DNA from: Candidatus Latescibacterota bacterium
GTDB lineage: Bacteria; Latescibacterota; UBA2968; GCA-2709665
Assembly: GCA_965205485.1 (NCBI GenBank)
Contig: OZ242180.1
Location: 4,736,001-4,800,000 of the forward strand
DNA length: 64,000 bases
Reading direction: 5' to 3'
Each line of letters starts with the position of its first letter. The stretch's first letter is position 1. Shown piece by piece: positions 50,321-59,906 of the stretch. The notes below the pieces were generated by a model that worked only from the letters and a program-made list of their open reading frames with translations, did no database searches and was not told where the DNA came from. A program made the position numbers and the translations under genes.

Positions 50321-51655
50321 CTAATACACCGGCAGATAACGCTCGCGTTCCCACTGGTCGACGTGCAGATGGTACTCCGCCCACTCTTCGCGTTTGACCT
50401 GCACGTAATAGTCCGCATATTCCGTCCCGAGCGCCTCCCGGAGTACGTCGTCGGACGCCAGGTGATCGGCCGCCTCGGCCAGGGTACCCGGGAGCAGGTC
50501 GATGCCCCGCGCTCTCAATTCGCTTTCGGGCACCTCATAGAGATTGCCCTCGTTGCGTTCGCCCGGCTCCATGCGGTTTTCGATGCCGTCCAGCCCGGCC
50601 GCCAGCATGGCCGCGGTCGTCAGGTACGGATTCGCCGCCCCGTCGATCGCCCGGTTCTCGATCCGCCCCGCGTCCGGGATTCGGATCATCTGCGTCCGGT
50701 TCGATCCGCCGTAGGTGATGCAGATCGGCGCCCAGGACGCACCCGATCGGGGAGCGCCCCTCGTGAGGCGTTTGTAGCTGTTCACCAGCGGCGCGGACAC
50801 GGCGGAAATCGCCTTCGCGTGGTTGAGGATGCCCGCCATGAACCAGTAAGCCTCCTTCGACAGACCGTTTTCATCGCCGTCGTCGAGGAACAGGTTGGTC
50901 CTGTTCTCCGGGTCCCACAGGCTCATGTGATAGTGCGCTCCGCTTCCCGTGAGATGTGAAAACGGCTTCGGCATGAAGGTCGCGTGGTATCCGAGCCGCT
51001 CCGCGTTCACCTTCACCATCCATCGGAAGAACGTCTGCCGGTCGGCGGTCGTCAGGGCATCGGAAAAGGTCCAGTTGATCTCGAACTGGCAATTGGCATC
51101 TTCGTGGTCGTTTGCATAGGGTTCCCATCCCAATTCCTGCATATACCCGATGAGCGTGGTCATCACGTCCAGGTTGCGATGCAGGGTGACGAGATCGTAA
51201 CAGGGCTTCTCCAGCGTATCCATCGGATCGGCCAGCGCATAGTTCCCCTGGTCGTCTTTCTTCAGGAGAATGAACTCGGCTTCCACGCCCAGGTTCAGGC
51301 GATATCCCTTCGCCTCCGCCTTCGCGAGCTGCCGCTGCAGGATCGTCCGCGGACAATATCCGAAAGGCTCCCCCTCGACCTGGATGTTGCCCGCCACCCA
51401 CGCCGTATTCTTGCGCCACGGCAATACGGTCATCGAGTTGAAGTCCGGTATGTTCATCATATCGGAATCGTGCGGACCCTGCCCCATATTGCCCGCTGCG
51501 AAACCTGCGAAGCCCGCGCCTTCCGAGGCCATGTCGTCGAGGTGGGTCACAGGCACCACCTTGGCCTTGGGCATCCCGCTCATCTCCACAAACGAACACA
51601 GAAAGAAGTCGATTCCATTCGCGGCTACGAATTCTTTAACCTGGTCCAGCGTCAT
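50321..51655 (-). CDS. glnT: GlnT-type glutamate-ammonia ligase, probable gamma-glutamylmethylamide synthetase (GmaS)
   Basis: 'KAKVVP', 'GAGFAGFA', 'PCYD', 'NDHEDANCQFEINW', 'FMPKPF', 'NRTQMIRIP'; methylamine gene context. Confidence 0.88.
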   Translation of the reverse strand: MTLDQVKEFVAANGIDFFLCSFVEMSGMPKAKVVPVTHLDDMASEGAGFAGFAAGNMGQGPHDSDMMNIPDFNSMTVLPWRKNTAWVAGNIQVEGEPFGYCPRTILQRQLAKAEAKGYRLNLGVEAEFILLKKDDQGNYALADPMDTLEKPCYDLVTLHRNLDVMTTLIGYMQELGWEPYANDHEDANCQFEINWTFSDALTTADRQTFFRWMVKVNAERLGYHATFMPKPFSHLTGSGAHYHMSLWDPENRTNLFLDDGDENGLSKEAYWFMAGILNHAKAISAVSAPLVNSYKRLTRGAPRSGASWAPICITYGGSNRTQMIRIPDAGRIENRAIDGAANPYLTTAAMLAAGLDGIENRMEPGERNEGNLYEVPESELRARGIDLLPGTLAEAADHLASDDVLREALGTEYADYYVQVKREEWAEYHLHVDQWERERYLPVY

Positions 51656-51681
51656 CGTCAGTTCTCCCCACGAAATCTACG

Positions 51682-51912
51682 TTAGGATTTCCTGCCCTCA
51701 CGTTCAATCGCCGATACGAGCGAACCTGCCTCGGCCAACCGATCCGACTCGTCCGCATAAGTTGCATTCTCGTGTTTGATCTGCCAGATCGTGTACGCAA
51801 TCCACAGGACAACACAAACCACAAAGAGAGGAACCTCGTACCCGACGAAGGGATACATCGGTCCCACGTCGGCCGGATTCCCCGCCCACGTTTTAACCAA
51901 ACCCGTTCTCAT
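51682..51912 (-). CDS. Small single-TM membrane protein
   Basis: SD AAAGGAGG; MRTGLVKTWAGNPADVGPMYPFVG.E + TM helix + WQIKHEN. Confidence 0.72.
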   Translation of the reverse strand: MRTGLVKTWAGNPADVGPMYPFVGYEVPLFVVCVVLWIAYTIWQIKHENATYADESDRLAEAGSLVSAIEREGRKS

Positions 51913-51962
51913 CTGCGTCCTCCTTTGAAGCAACTCAGAAACTGCAAACGTGGATGTATAAC

Positions 51963-52197
51963 GCGAAGAAACGAGAATACGAAACGACGAGAATACGAAT
52001 AAACGAAAGGCAAAAAAGACGAGATTACGAGACGACGAAACGACGAAACTGCGAGAAGACGAAACTACGAGACTACGAGACTACGAAAAGACGAGACTAT
52101 GAAAAGACGAGTGATGTCCACGCTCTTTCGTAGTTTCGTACATTCGTAGTTTCGCAAAGCCAGAAGACGAACAGAAGAGAAACGAATAGACGAAACG
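51963..52197. repeat. Degenerate 8-mer tandem array (ACGARANN) with an internal inverted block
   Basis: 19 in-register octamers at 51963-52114, 4 inverted units at 52127-52158, then about 5 forward units. Confidence 0.9.
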
Positions 52198-52228
52198 TCC
52201 GTGGCTGGAATCAATTCAGGTTCCGCCT

Positions 52229-53914
52229 TCAGAACAGACCGACCGTGTGTCCGGCTTCATCATAATCGATCGCCTCGGCCGACGGCCTGCGCGGAAGCCC
52301 CGGCATTGTCATGACGTCTCCGGTATACACGACCACAAAACCTGCCCCGGCGGACACCCTCACGTCGCGGATGGGCACGTCGAAACCCCTCGGTCTGCCC
52401 TTCAATCCCGGATCCGTCGAGAGCGAATACTGGGTCTTGGCCATACAGACCGGAAGCCTACCGTGCCCCGCTTCCTCGAGCTTTGCGAACCGGGCTCTCA
52501 ACCGTTTGTCCCCCATAATATCGTCGGCGCCGTAGACTTCGCGGGCAACGATCCTGGCCTTGTCCCACAGGCGAAGACTGTCGGGATAGAGAAGCTTGAA
52601 ATCACGGGACGCCGTTTCCGCGGTTTCGACGACCGTTTCCGCAAGCGCCTCGGCGCCGGCCCCCCCTTTCGCCCAGTGTTCCGAAGGAACGATCGGCAGA
52701 TCCAGGTCGGCGCACCCGTCCCGTATCAGAGCGATCTCAGCGGGCGTATCGGAAAGAAAGCGGTTCACGGCCACGACCGCGGGCAGGCCGAAACGCCGGA
52801 TGTTTTCGATGTGCTTCCTCAGGTTAACGAGACCCTTTTCCAGCGCCGCCGGGTCGGCGTCCGACAGTCGCCTGAGGGAGGCGCCGCCATGGTACTTCAG
52901 CCCCCGGACGGTCGCCACGAGCACCACCACATCCGGACGGATACCGGCCTGCCTGCATTTGATATTCAGAAACTTCTCCGCGCCCAGGTCCGCGCCGAAT
53001 CCGGCTTCGGTTACGGTATACTCGGACAGACGCATCGCCAGCTTCGTCGCGATCACCGAATTGCATCCATGCGCGATATTGGCGAACGGGCCGCCGTGAA
53101 CGATGGCGGGATTGTTCTCCAGGGTCTGAACCAGATTCGGCTTTAATGCGTCTCTCAACAGAACGGACATCGCCCCGTGCACATTGAGGTCCGACGCCGT
53201 GACCGGTTCATTGGCTCGCGTATACGCCACGATGATCCGACCCAGCCGCTCCCGGAGCTCGTCAAGCGACTCGGACAGGCAGAAAATCGCCATCACTTCG
53301 GACGCGACCGTGATTTCAAATCCCGATTCACGAGGATAGGAGTTCCCCGTACCTCCCAGACCGACGACGACTTCACGAAGCGCGCGGTCGTTCATATCCA
53401 TCACGCGCTTCCAGAGTACGCGCCGGGGATCGATTTGCAGCCGGTTCCGGTGGTGGATGTGGTTGTCGATCGCGGCGGACAGCAGATTGTGAGCGACCCC
53501 GATGGCATGGATGTCGCCCGTAAAGTGCAGGTTGATGTCCTCCATCGGCGCCACCTGGGACATCCCCCCGCCCGCAGCGCCGCCCTTCATTCCAAAACAG
53601 GGACCCAGGGAAGGCTCCCTGAGACAGATTGCCGTGCGCTTGCCCAGCCGGTTCAGCGCATCGCCCAGGCCCACGGTCGTGGTTGTCTTGCCTTCGCCGG
53701 AAGGCGTGGGATTGATTGCCGAGACCAGCACCAGCTTGCCGGCGGGATTACCGGCAAGGCTGTCGTAGAAGTCCATCGAAACCTTGGCTTTGTGCCTGCC
53801 GTAGACTTCCAACTGGTCTTCCGGCACGCCCAATGTCTGCGCGACCTGACCGATATGGCGCAGACGCGCCCGCCTCGCGATCTCGATGTCCGGCAAACCG
53901 TCGTGTTCGCGCAT
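52229..53914 (-). CDS. fhs: Formate--tetrahydrofolate ligase
   Basis: '[15 protein letters not shown]', '[20 protein letters not shown]', '[14 protein letters not shown]', 'CMAKTQYS', 'MTMPGLP'. Confidence 0.97.
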   Translation of the reverse strand: MREHDGLPDIEIARRARLRHIGQVAQTLGVPEDQLEVYGRHKAKVSMDFYDSLAGNPAGKLVLVSAINPTPSGEGKTTTTVGLGDALNRLGKRTAICLREPSLGPCFGMKGGAAGGGMSQVAPMEDINLHFTGDIHAIGVAHNLLSAAIDNHIHHRNRLQIDPRRVLWKRVMDMNDRALREVVVGLGGTGNSYPRESGFEITVASEVMAIFCLSESLDELRERLGRIIVAYTRANEPVTASDLNVHGAMSVLLRDALKPNLVQTLENNPAIVHGGPFANIAHGCNSVIATKLAMRLSEYTVTEAGFGADLGAEKFLNIKCRQAGIRPDVVVLVATVRGLKYHGGASLRRLSDADPAALEKGLVNLRKHIENIRRFGLPAVVAVNRFLSDTPAEIALIRDGCADLDLPIVPSEHWAKGGAGAEALAETVVETAETASRDFKLLYPDSLRLWDKARIVAREVYGADDIMGDKRLRARFAKLEEAGHGRLPVCMAKTQYSLSTDPGLKGRPRGFDVPIRDVRVSAGAGFVVVYTGDVMTMPGLPRRPSAEAIDYDEAGHTVGLF

Positions 53915-53923
53915 GAAACCTTT

Positions 53924-55318
53924 CTAGCCGCCCGCCTGCGCTTCGTCGATTTCCGCCTGAACGAGTTCGTCTGCATCCGCCGTCTCGTTCTGAATGGACA
54001 CGTGATCCAGGCCCGCAAGTTCTATTCGACCCGGTATGCGCAAAACGCCAAGCTTTTTGAGGATCCCACCCAGGACGTAGCAGGGAAGAAAGCCCAGCAC
54101 GAAAAACATAATGACGGCTCCGAGCGTCTGTCCCCACGGCGTAATCGGAGCGTACTCGGGATTGGCGGCGGGGTAACCCCAGAGTACGAATCCCGCGACA
54201 ATCACCCCGATAACCCCGGCATAGCCATGTACCGCCACGGCGCCCACCGCATCGTCGATCCTGAATCTCTTCTCGACCCAATTGTGCAATTTGTACATGC
54301 AGAACGTGCCGAATGCGCCGATGAGCAGCGCCTGCATCGGATGGTACAGGTCGTTGCCGGCCGATGCCGTGATGATGCCGGCAAGTCCGCCCGAGAAGGT
54401 CCAGTACGGATCGCCTTTGGACACGAAATAGCCCATGATTAATCCACCGGCGAGCGACATCAGAAAGTTGAACGTGATGGCGCTGAGCGTCGTGGGCGTC
54501 AGGTAAATCGTGGTGGCGGAAAAGAACGCGCGGTCGCCGGCGGGATCCACGTCCATGATGGGCACGTTACAGGCAGCGTAGAAGCCCCAGAACCCCGTAT
54601 AGATCAGAAACAGACCGATAATGACCAGCCAGGTGTTTTGCGGCGGGAAGTTTCTGGGAGAACCGTCGGACCTGAATCTGCCGATCCGCGGTCCCAGGTG
54701 ATAGAGGATCGCCAGCGCGGACCCGCCGCTGATCGCGTGGATCACACCGGAGGCGTATGCGTCGTGGTATCCCAGTACCTGAACCATCCAGCCGTCGGCG
54801 GACCAGCCCCACGCCGCGTCGATCACCCAGGTAACCGATCCTACCAGCACGGCGAAAATCCAGAACGCGGCGGATCGGATGCGTTCGATGACCGCACCCG
54901 AAAGAATCGACCCCGCCGTCCATGAGAACAGCAGAAACGCCGCCCAGAACACGCCGTTCAGCCGCGCCCATAGCGCGGTGTCGTCTCCGGTCAGCCCGCC
55001 GCCGTGCGGCTTGCCACCCATATGCGTCCCCATCAGCTCATTCCAGGGCGTCGCCCACGCGGCTTCGATCAGCCCACCCGTGATCCCGGGTCCGTTCTGA
55101 ACGGCGAAATAGATCCACCACCCGAAGAAATAGAACGTGATGGTGACCAGAGGAATCAACATCGCGTTCTTCATGAGGGTGTGCATCATATTCTTCCTCC
55201 TGGACACGCCGACTTCGTACAGACAGAAGCCGACGTGGATGAGGAACATGAGCACGATACATATCCAGTAATAGAACTCCGTAAACACGACGGTCAATGC
55301 GCTGAGTTCGTTGTCCAT
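53924..55318 (-). CDS. amt: Ammonium transporter (Amt) family protein
   Basis: 'HVGF..YE.G..R.KN', 'SGAVIERI', 'LGPRIGRF', 'IDDAVGAVAVHG'. Confidence 0.92.
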   Translation of the reverse strand: MDNELSALTVVFTEFYYWICIVLMFLIHVGFCLYEVGVSRRKNMMHTLMKNAMLIPLVTITFYFFGWWIYFAVQNGPGITGGLIEAAWATPWNELMGTHMGGKPHGGGLTGDDTALWARLNGVFWAAFLLFSWTAGSILSGAVIERIRSAAFWIFAVLVGSVTWVIDAAWGWSADGWMVQVLGYHDAYASGVIHAISGGSALAILYHLGPRIGRFRSDGSPRNFPPQNTWLVIIGLFLIYTGFWGFYAACNVPIMDVDPAGDRAFFSATTIYLTPTTLSAITFNFLMSLAGGLIMGYFVSKGDPYWTFSGGLAGIITASAGNDLYHPMQALLIGAFGTFCMYKLHNWVEKRFRIDDAVGAVAVHGYAGVIGVIVAGFVLWGYPAANPEYAPITPWGQTLGAVIMFFVLGFLPCYVLGGILKKLGVLRIPGRIELAGLDHVSIQNETADADELVQAEIDEAQAGG

Positions 55319-55382
55319 CTAATCCCTCCGAATTGAGCGATAAGAATGCCCGACGCCCGCGACAGGCGCAATTCAGATCTTA

Positions 55383-55544
55383 GAAGCTGTGTTAAAATTC
55401 CCAGCGGTCTTCGCGCGGCTGCAAAAGCGCCGGTCGGCGTTGGTCAAACCCGCCCGTATAGACAAATATGCGCGGATTTTCCCGCCTTGACCGCCACTTT
55501 TTCGCTCGCGCTCGGGAACTGACCGGTAATTTTAACACAGCTTC
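55383..55544. mobile_element. Palindromic MITE-like element, copy 4 (162 bp)
   Basis: Perfect 17-bp terminal inverted repeat, flanks TTA/TGA; supplies the last codons and stop of the flavin reductase gene. Confidence 0.82.
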
Positions 55545-56032
55545 TGAGCCGTCCCGTCCGACATCCTGCGGTACTTTCCCTGGTAAAACAGGAGCGGACG
55601 ACCTGAACCCGCGTCGCCCGCTACGATTTCACCCACGAAAATATCGTGGTCGCCGGCCCTCAAGACGTCGGCCAGCATACATTCCACGTGGCCCAGTGCG
55701 TCCGTGAGGATGGGCGCGCCGGTCCGGATCGTCGTTGTGGCCACGTTTGTAAAGTCCTTTGGACCCGGTCTGGCAAACTGCGTTGAAACCGCTTCCTGAT
55801 CCTCGCTGAGGATATTCAATGCGAAATACCGGCTTTCCGTCAAATGGGCGTGCATCTGCGCCCCTTTGTCCACGGATACCATGACCAGCGGGGGCTCCAG
55901 CGAAAGCGAGGTCACGGCATTGGCCGTCATTCCCCTGTATTCGCCGCCTGCAACGGTCGTGACAACGGTGACGCCGGTTGCAAAACAACCCATAATCCGA
56001 CGTTGCTCCATCGGGTCGAAGGCCATTCCCAT
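55532..56032 (-). CDS. Flavin reductase (HpaC/RutF-like)
   Basis: 'MGCFATGVTVVTT', 'GMTANAVTSLSLEPP', 'GDHDIFVGEI', 'PLLFYQG'. Confidence 0.93.
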   Translation of the reverse strand: MGMAFDPMEQRRIMGCFATGVTVVTTVAGGEYRGMTANAVTSLSLEPPLVMVSVDKGAQMHAHLTESRYFALNILSEDQEAVSTQFARPGPKDFTNVATTTIRTGAPILTDALGHVECMLADVLRAGDHDIFVGEIVAGDAGSGRPLLFYQGKYRRMSDGTAQKLC

Positions 56033-56130
56033 TCCCTCTCAACGAGTGCGCCGTCCGCCACGAAACTTCCCCTCCCGTCCAGGCGGTTCCGCGCCGGCCG
56101 GGGAAGCATTGCCGGCCCCGGAAGCTGTAA

Positions 56131-58464
56131 TCAGGAACGAAGCCGCGTTTTGTCCGGATCGTAAAACGGAAACCGCACCACCCGCGCGGAAATGCGCTTC
56201 TGATGGCCGTCCAGCCTTCCCACCTCGACTTCCACTCCGATCGCGGCGTACCCGGTCGCGATCCGGCAGAGCGCGATGTTCCTGCCCAGAATCGGTGAGC
56301 GGGCGCCGCTGGTGATCACGCCAACGCGGCCGCGCCCGTCGTAGACGTCGTCGCCGGAGGCGACCGGTTCATTCCCGGATACCTCCAGCCCCACCAGCAC
56401 GCGTTGTGGATGCGACCGCCTTCGGATCAGCGCTTCTTTGCCGATAAAGTCGTCTTTCTTGCGCCTGAGCGGAACCGTGAAGCCGATCCCCGCCTCGAAC
56501 GGGTCCGTCTGATCGTCGAACTCACAGCCCGCGAAAACCAGACCGGCGTCGATTCGCAGCATGTCCAGGGCTTCCAGCCCCAGTGGTGTCAGGCCGTACC
56601 CCTGTCCCGCTTCCCAGATGGCGTCCCAGACCGGGTTCGCGTCGTTGGGATGGCACCATACCTCGTAACCCAGTTCACCCGTGTAGCCGGTCCGCGAGAC
56701 GACGACCGCCGGACCGTTTCCATCGCCGATTCGGCCCACCGTGAACCGGAACCAGCCCAATTCGGCCAGAGACGGGCGCGAAGGAGGGGTCCAGATGACG
56801 TCGCGAAGGATATCCCGGCTTCGGGGACCCTGAACGGCAAGATTATGGAGTTGATCGGTCGAGTTTCTGACCCACACCCGCAACCCGAGTCGACCCGCCT
56901 GTTCGCGCAGCCATTTGCCCCCGTAGTCGTCGCCGCAGATCCACCGGAAATTTTCGGGGCCCAGCCGGAACAGCGTGCCGTCGTCCAGCATGCCGCCGGT
57001 TTCGTAACACATCGCGGAATAAGTCACCTGGCCCGGAGAAAGCCGGCGAACGTCTCGCGTGAGCGTGTGCTGCAGGAGCGACTCGGCGTCCGGACCCAGG
57101 ACCTCGAACTTGCGAAGCGCGGACAGGTCCATCACCGCCGCCGCCTCGCGGCATGCGAAATACTCCTCGACGGCGCCCCTGCCGGTGTAGCACGAGGGCA
57201 GCCAGAACCCGCGATAGTCCTCGAAATGGCGGGTCAGGGCGGACGTGCGCGGGTGAAAAGCCGTCTCCCTGGTCAACCTGGGCTCGGCGTCTGCCGTCAT
57301 CCGGTGAGCAATCCCTGTGGAAAACCGGTACCGTTCAGGGTAGATGCGGACGTGAATCTCCGTTGGCTCCCAGCCGTTGGCCGGATCAATATCGTCCGGG
57401 CACGCGGACGACAGACACACAAGGTCCGTCGAGGCCTTCAACAGGACGTAGTCGCCCGGACGAGACCATGGCTCGTCCATGAACAGGACGTTATTCCCGT
57501 CGATTCTCGTATTGTAAAAGAAATTCACGGCCGGCCAGCCGCGCCGCGGGTGAATCGTATACGGGTCCAGTGCCGCGTTGAAGTTGTCCGTACAGTTGAC
57601 GTGACCCGGATAACCCATATCCTCGTAATATTTGGCGGTGCACGCAAGCGCAAACGTATCGTGCCGACCTACCGTATCCCGAACGACCTCGACCAGCGGC
57701 TGCATATCCTGGTCGTAAAACTTCGAATAGAGGCCCGGACCGGGATAGGCCGTGCCCATGAGGGTCCGCGTGGTGGTCGCATCCAGGCCACGCTCAACGC
57801 CACGCTGCAGTTGCCGGGCGTCGAACGCCAGAAAATCGGAACACTGGCGCCCGGCGACGTCGATCACCTGGATGAATTCTCCGGCTTTGACCTCAAAGGC
57901 GACGGCCGACGCCCTTTCCACCTCCAGATCCAGGCGCATGTCCCCCAGAGGCGCGGGCAGCGGGGGGCGTTCCGGCGTTTCCGCACTCGAGCGCCTGACC
58001 ACGACTTCCAGGTCCGTGGGTGGATCCTGGGCATCCACCCGCATCGGTCCGCCGGGCGCCGCAATCACGCAGACGGCGTCCCGATGCACGTCGAAGCGCG
58101 CTTCGGCGCCCGCTTCCGACGCTTCGCCGAAGACCTGCACCGCCCGCGCGCCACCCAGGTTGACGCCCCTGCGCCGCAGGGCCGCGTCGGCCGCCCGCGC
58201 GCTTTCATCCCCGCGCCGAAGCGCCTCCGCGAAACCTTCCATCGCACCGTCAGCTCGGAGACCCAGCCTGGCGGGATCGGCCCCGCCGTCAGGACCGAAT
58301 ACGCCCAGCTCGCAACGCTGGCGCCCCTCCACGTCCACGACCGCCAGCCGGTCGCCCTGCGACACCACCAAGGCGATCGCCCCGCCGCCCGGCACCCGGT
58401 AACGCTCCCTGCCCGGCGTCCATCTCAGCAGTCCCGTACCGGCCATTTGGACGTCTTCAGGCAT
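56131..58464 (-). CDS. tdm: DUF1989 + GcvT fusion, probable trimethylamine N-oxide demethylase
   Basis: DUF1989 'GRQCSDF', 'RHDTFALAC..KYY...GYPGHVNC', 'SSACPDD' (three-Cys site), then GcvT 'DLS.LRKFEV.GPDA', 'SRTGYTGELGYE', 'PFYDP'. Confidence 0.82.
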   Translation of the reverse strand: MPEDVQMAGTGLLRWTPGRERYRVPGGGAIALVVSQGDRLAVVDVEGRQRCELGVFGPDGGADPARLGLRADGAMEGFAEALRRGDESARAADAALRRRGVNLGGARAVQVFGEASEAGAEARFDVHRDAVCVIAAPGGPMRVDAQDPPTDLEVVVRRSSAETPERPPLPAPLGDMRLDLEVERASAVAFEVKAGEFIQVIDVAGRQCSDFLAFDARQLQRGVERGLDATTTRTLMGTAYPGPGLYSKFYDQDMQPLVEVVRDTVGRHDTFALACTAKYYEDMGYPGHVNCTDNFNAALDPYTIHPRRGWPAVNFFYNTRIDGNNVLFMDEPWSRPGDYVLLKASTDLVCLSSACPDDIDPANGWEPTEIHVRIYPERYRFSTGIAHRMTADAEPRLTRETAFHPRTSALTRHFEDYRGFWLPSCYTGRGAVEEYFACREAAAVMDLSALRKFEVLGPDAESLLQHTLTRDVRRLSPGQVTYSAMCYETGGMLDDGTLFRLGPENFRWICGDDYGGKWLREQAGRLGLRVWVRNSTDQLHNLAVQGPRSRDILRDVIWTPPSRPSLAELGWFRFTVGRIGDGNGPAVVVSRTGYTGELGYEVWCHPNDANPVWDAIWEAGQGYGLTPLGLEALDMLRIDAGLVFAGCEFDDQTDPFEAGIGFTVPLRRKKDDFIGKEALIRRRSHPQRVLVGLEVSGNEPVASGDDVYDGRGRVGVITSGARSPILGRNIALCRIATGYAAIGVEVEVGRLDGHQKRISARVVRFPFYDPDKTRLRS

Positions 58465-59858
58465 CACCCCTCGTCGGTTTCGGCCAGAAGCTCACGGGCG
58501 AGTTCCTTCTTGCTCCCGCCATCCATTTTCTTGAGTTCGTTTCTCAATAGCCGCTCGTTTACGGACTGGTTCCAGTAATCCAACGAGTCGAACCCAAGCA
58601 GCACGCTCTTGCCCACAAATTGGCGCAGGACCTCATTCGTGGGGCCCATCACCCAACCGGCCTTGCCGTCGCGCAGATACCGTTCGATTCCCAGGTCGGG
58701 CTTGTAACCCGTCCCCCCACAGGCATGCAGCATCTTGTCGGAGACGTTCGCCACGTTCTTCGCCGCCGTGAACTTCACCTGCCACATCCAGTGCAGCACG
58801 TCCGCCCTTGGCATACGGGAGAGATCCTCGTGGATCGACCAGTCGCACTGATTCGTAACGTCGTCCATCGCCCGGGCCATCAGGTAGACGAAGGACCGTG
58901 AGGTGTTCGTATCGATCACGGCCTCGCCCACGTAATCCTGGATGGTCGGATAGTCAGCAACCCGCATGCCCACGTCAGCGTGCCGCCTGGCGGTGGTGTG
59001 CCGCCTGGCGATATCGATCATACCCAGTGAAATTCCGTTCCAGCAGGCCGATGAGCACAACAGGAAAAACGGATCCACCGTCTCGTCGTTCGAATTCGCC
59101 CCGTCGCCCACGGGACCCACCAGCCTGCTTTCCGGCATCGTGACGTTGTCCACCTCCAGCGTGCCGGACTGATTCCCGCGCAGACCCAGGCCGTCCCAAA
59201 GGGACGGCTCCGCCTTCACCTCGTCGGCCATGACGAGAAAACAGGACAGATTCGAATAGTCACCGCCGAAATCAGGGCTTGTTGTCTGCACGATGTACCA
59301 GTCGGCAAAACCCGCGGACGTCGTCCACGACGCCTTCTTTCGCACCTTCCAGCCGCCATCCACCCGCTCCGCTCCCGACGATATCGGATACCAGAAATGT
59401 GAACCCGTTTCGGGATCCGAATAGGACAGCGTGCCCACCAGTACGTCTTTGTCGAGGCGTTTCATGAGGTCCTGAAGCGTCGTGTTGTCGTGCGCCCGGA
59501 ACATGGCGGCTGCGACAGCCCCGACGTGCATGGTATAACACATCGCCGTACTTGCGCAGCCGTAACGCGCGATCGTCTCCACCACCATCGCCGTACACGT
59601 ATGGTTCTCACCCAGTCCTCCCCATTCGCGGGGTACGTTCAGCCCTAGCAGGCCCAGAGAAGCCAGCGCCTCGAAGTTCTTCCGTGGAAACACGAGCTCG
59701 CGATCGCTCTCAACCGCATTGTCCCGCAGCGTCGTCCGGCACAGGTCGATCAGCTTCTCCTGGAGCGCCTCCTGTTCGTTCGTCAATACCCACTGGGGGT
59801 CCCAGTCGTAGTCGAGACCCCAGAACGCATCCGGACCCCACATCTTCGACTTGCTCAT
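58464..59858 (-). CDS. Acyl-CoA dehydrogenase-fold flavoprotein, possible flavin-dependent monooxygenase
   Basis: SD GGAGG; 'P.EWGGLG', 'SDPETGS', 'K.SWTTS', 'WDGLGLRGNQS', 'GGTGY', 'ERYLRDG'; no EG(T) catalytic Glu. Stop overlaps the tdm ATG (TGATG). Confidence 0.85.
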   Translation of the reverse strand: MSKSKMWGPDAFWGLDYDWDPQWVLTNEQEALQEKLIDLCRTTLRDNAVESDRELVFPRKNFEALASLGLLGLNVPREWGGLGENHTCTAMVVETIARYGCASTAMCYTMHVGAVAAAMFRAHDNTTLQDLMKRLDKDVLVGTLSYSDPETGSHFWYPISSGAERVDGGWKVRKKASWTTSAGFADWYIVQTTSPDFGGDYSNLSCFLVMADEVKAEPSLWDGLGLRGNQSGTLEVDNVTMPESRLVGPVGDGANSNDETVDPFFLLCSSACWNGISLGMIDIARRHTTARRHADVGMRVADYPTIQDYVGEAVIDTNTSRSFVYLMARAMDDVTNQCDWSIHEDLSRMPRADVLHWMWQVKFTAAKNVANVSDKMLHACGGTGYKPDLGIERYLRDGKAGWVMGPTNEVLRQFVGKSVLLGFDSLDYWNQSVNERLLRNELKKMDGGSKKELARELLAETDEG

Positions 59859-59906
59859 AACGCCTCCAGGCTGTTTGGTACGCCGGGTTTGCAACCCGGC
59901 CATGCG

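Noticed and set aside
51963..52197. Possible CRISPR array
   Set aside because: Contiguous 8-bp units with no 23-50 bp repeats, no unique spacers and no cas genes.
56404..58578. Long plus-strand ORFs such as 56404..58578, 29119..30876, 60370..61875 and 4019..5506
   Set aside because: Antisense shadows of well-supported minus-strand genes, as expected in high-GC DNA; no motifs of their own.
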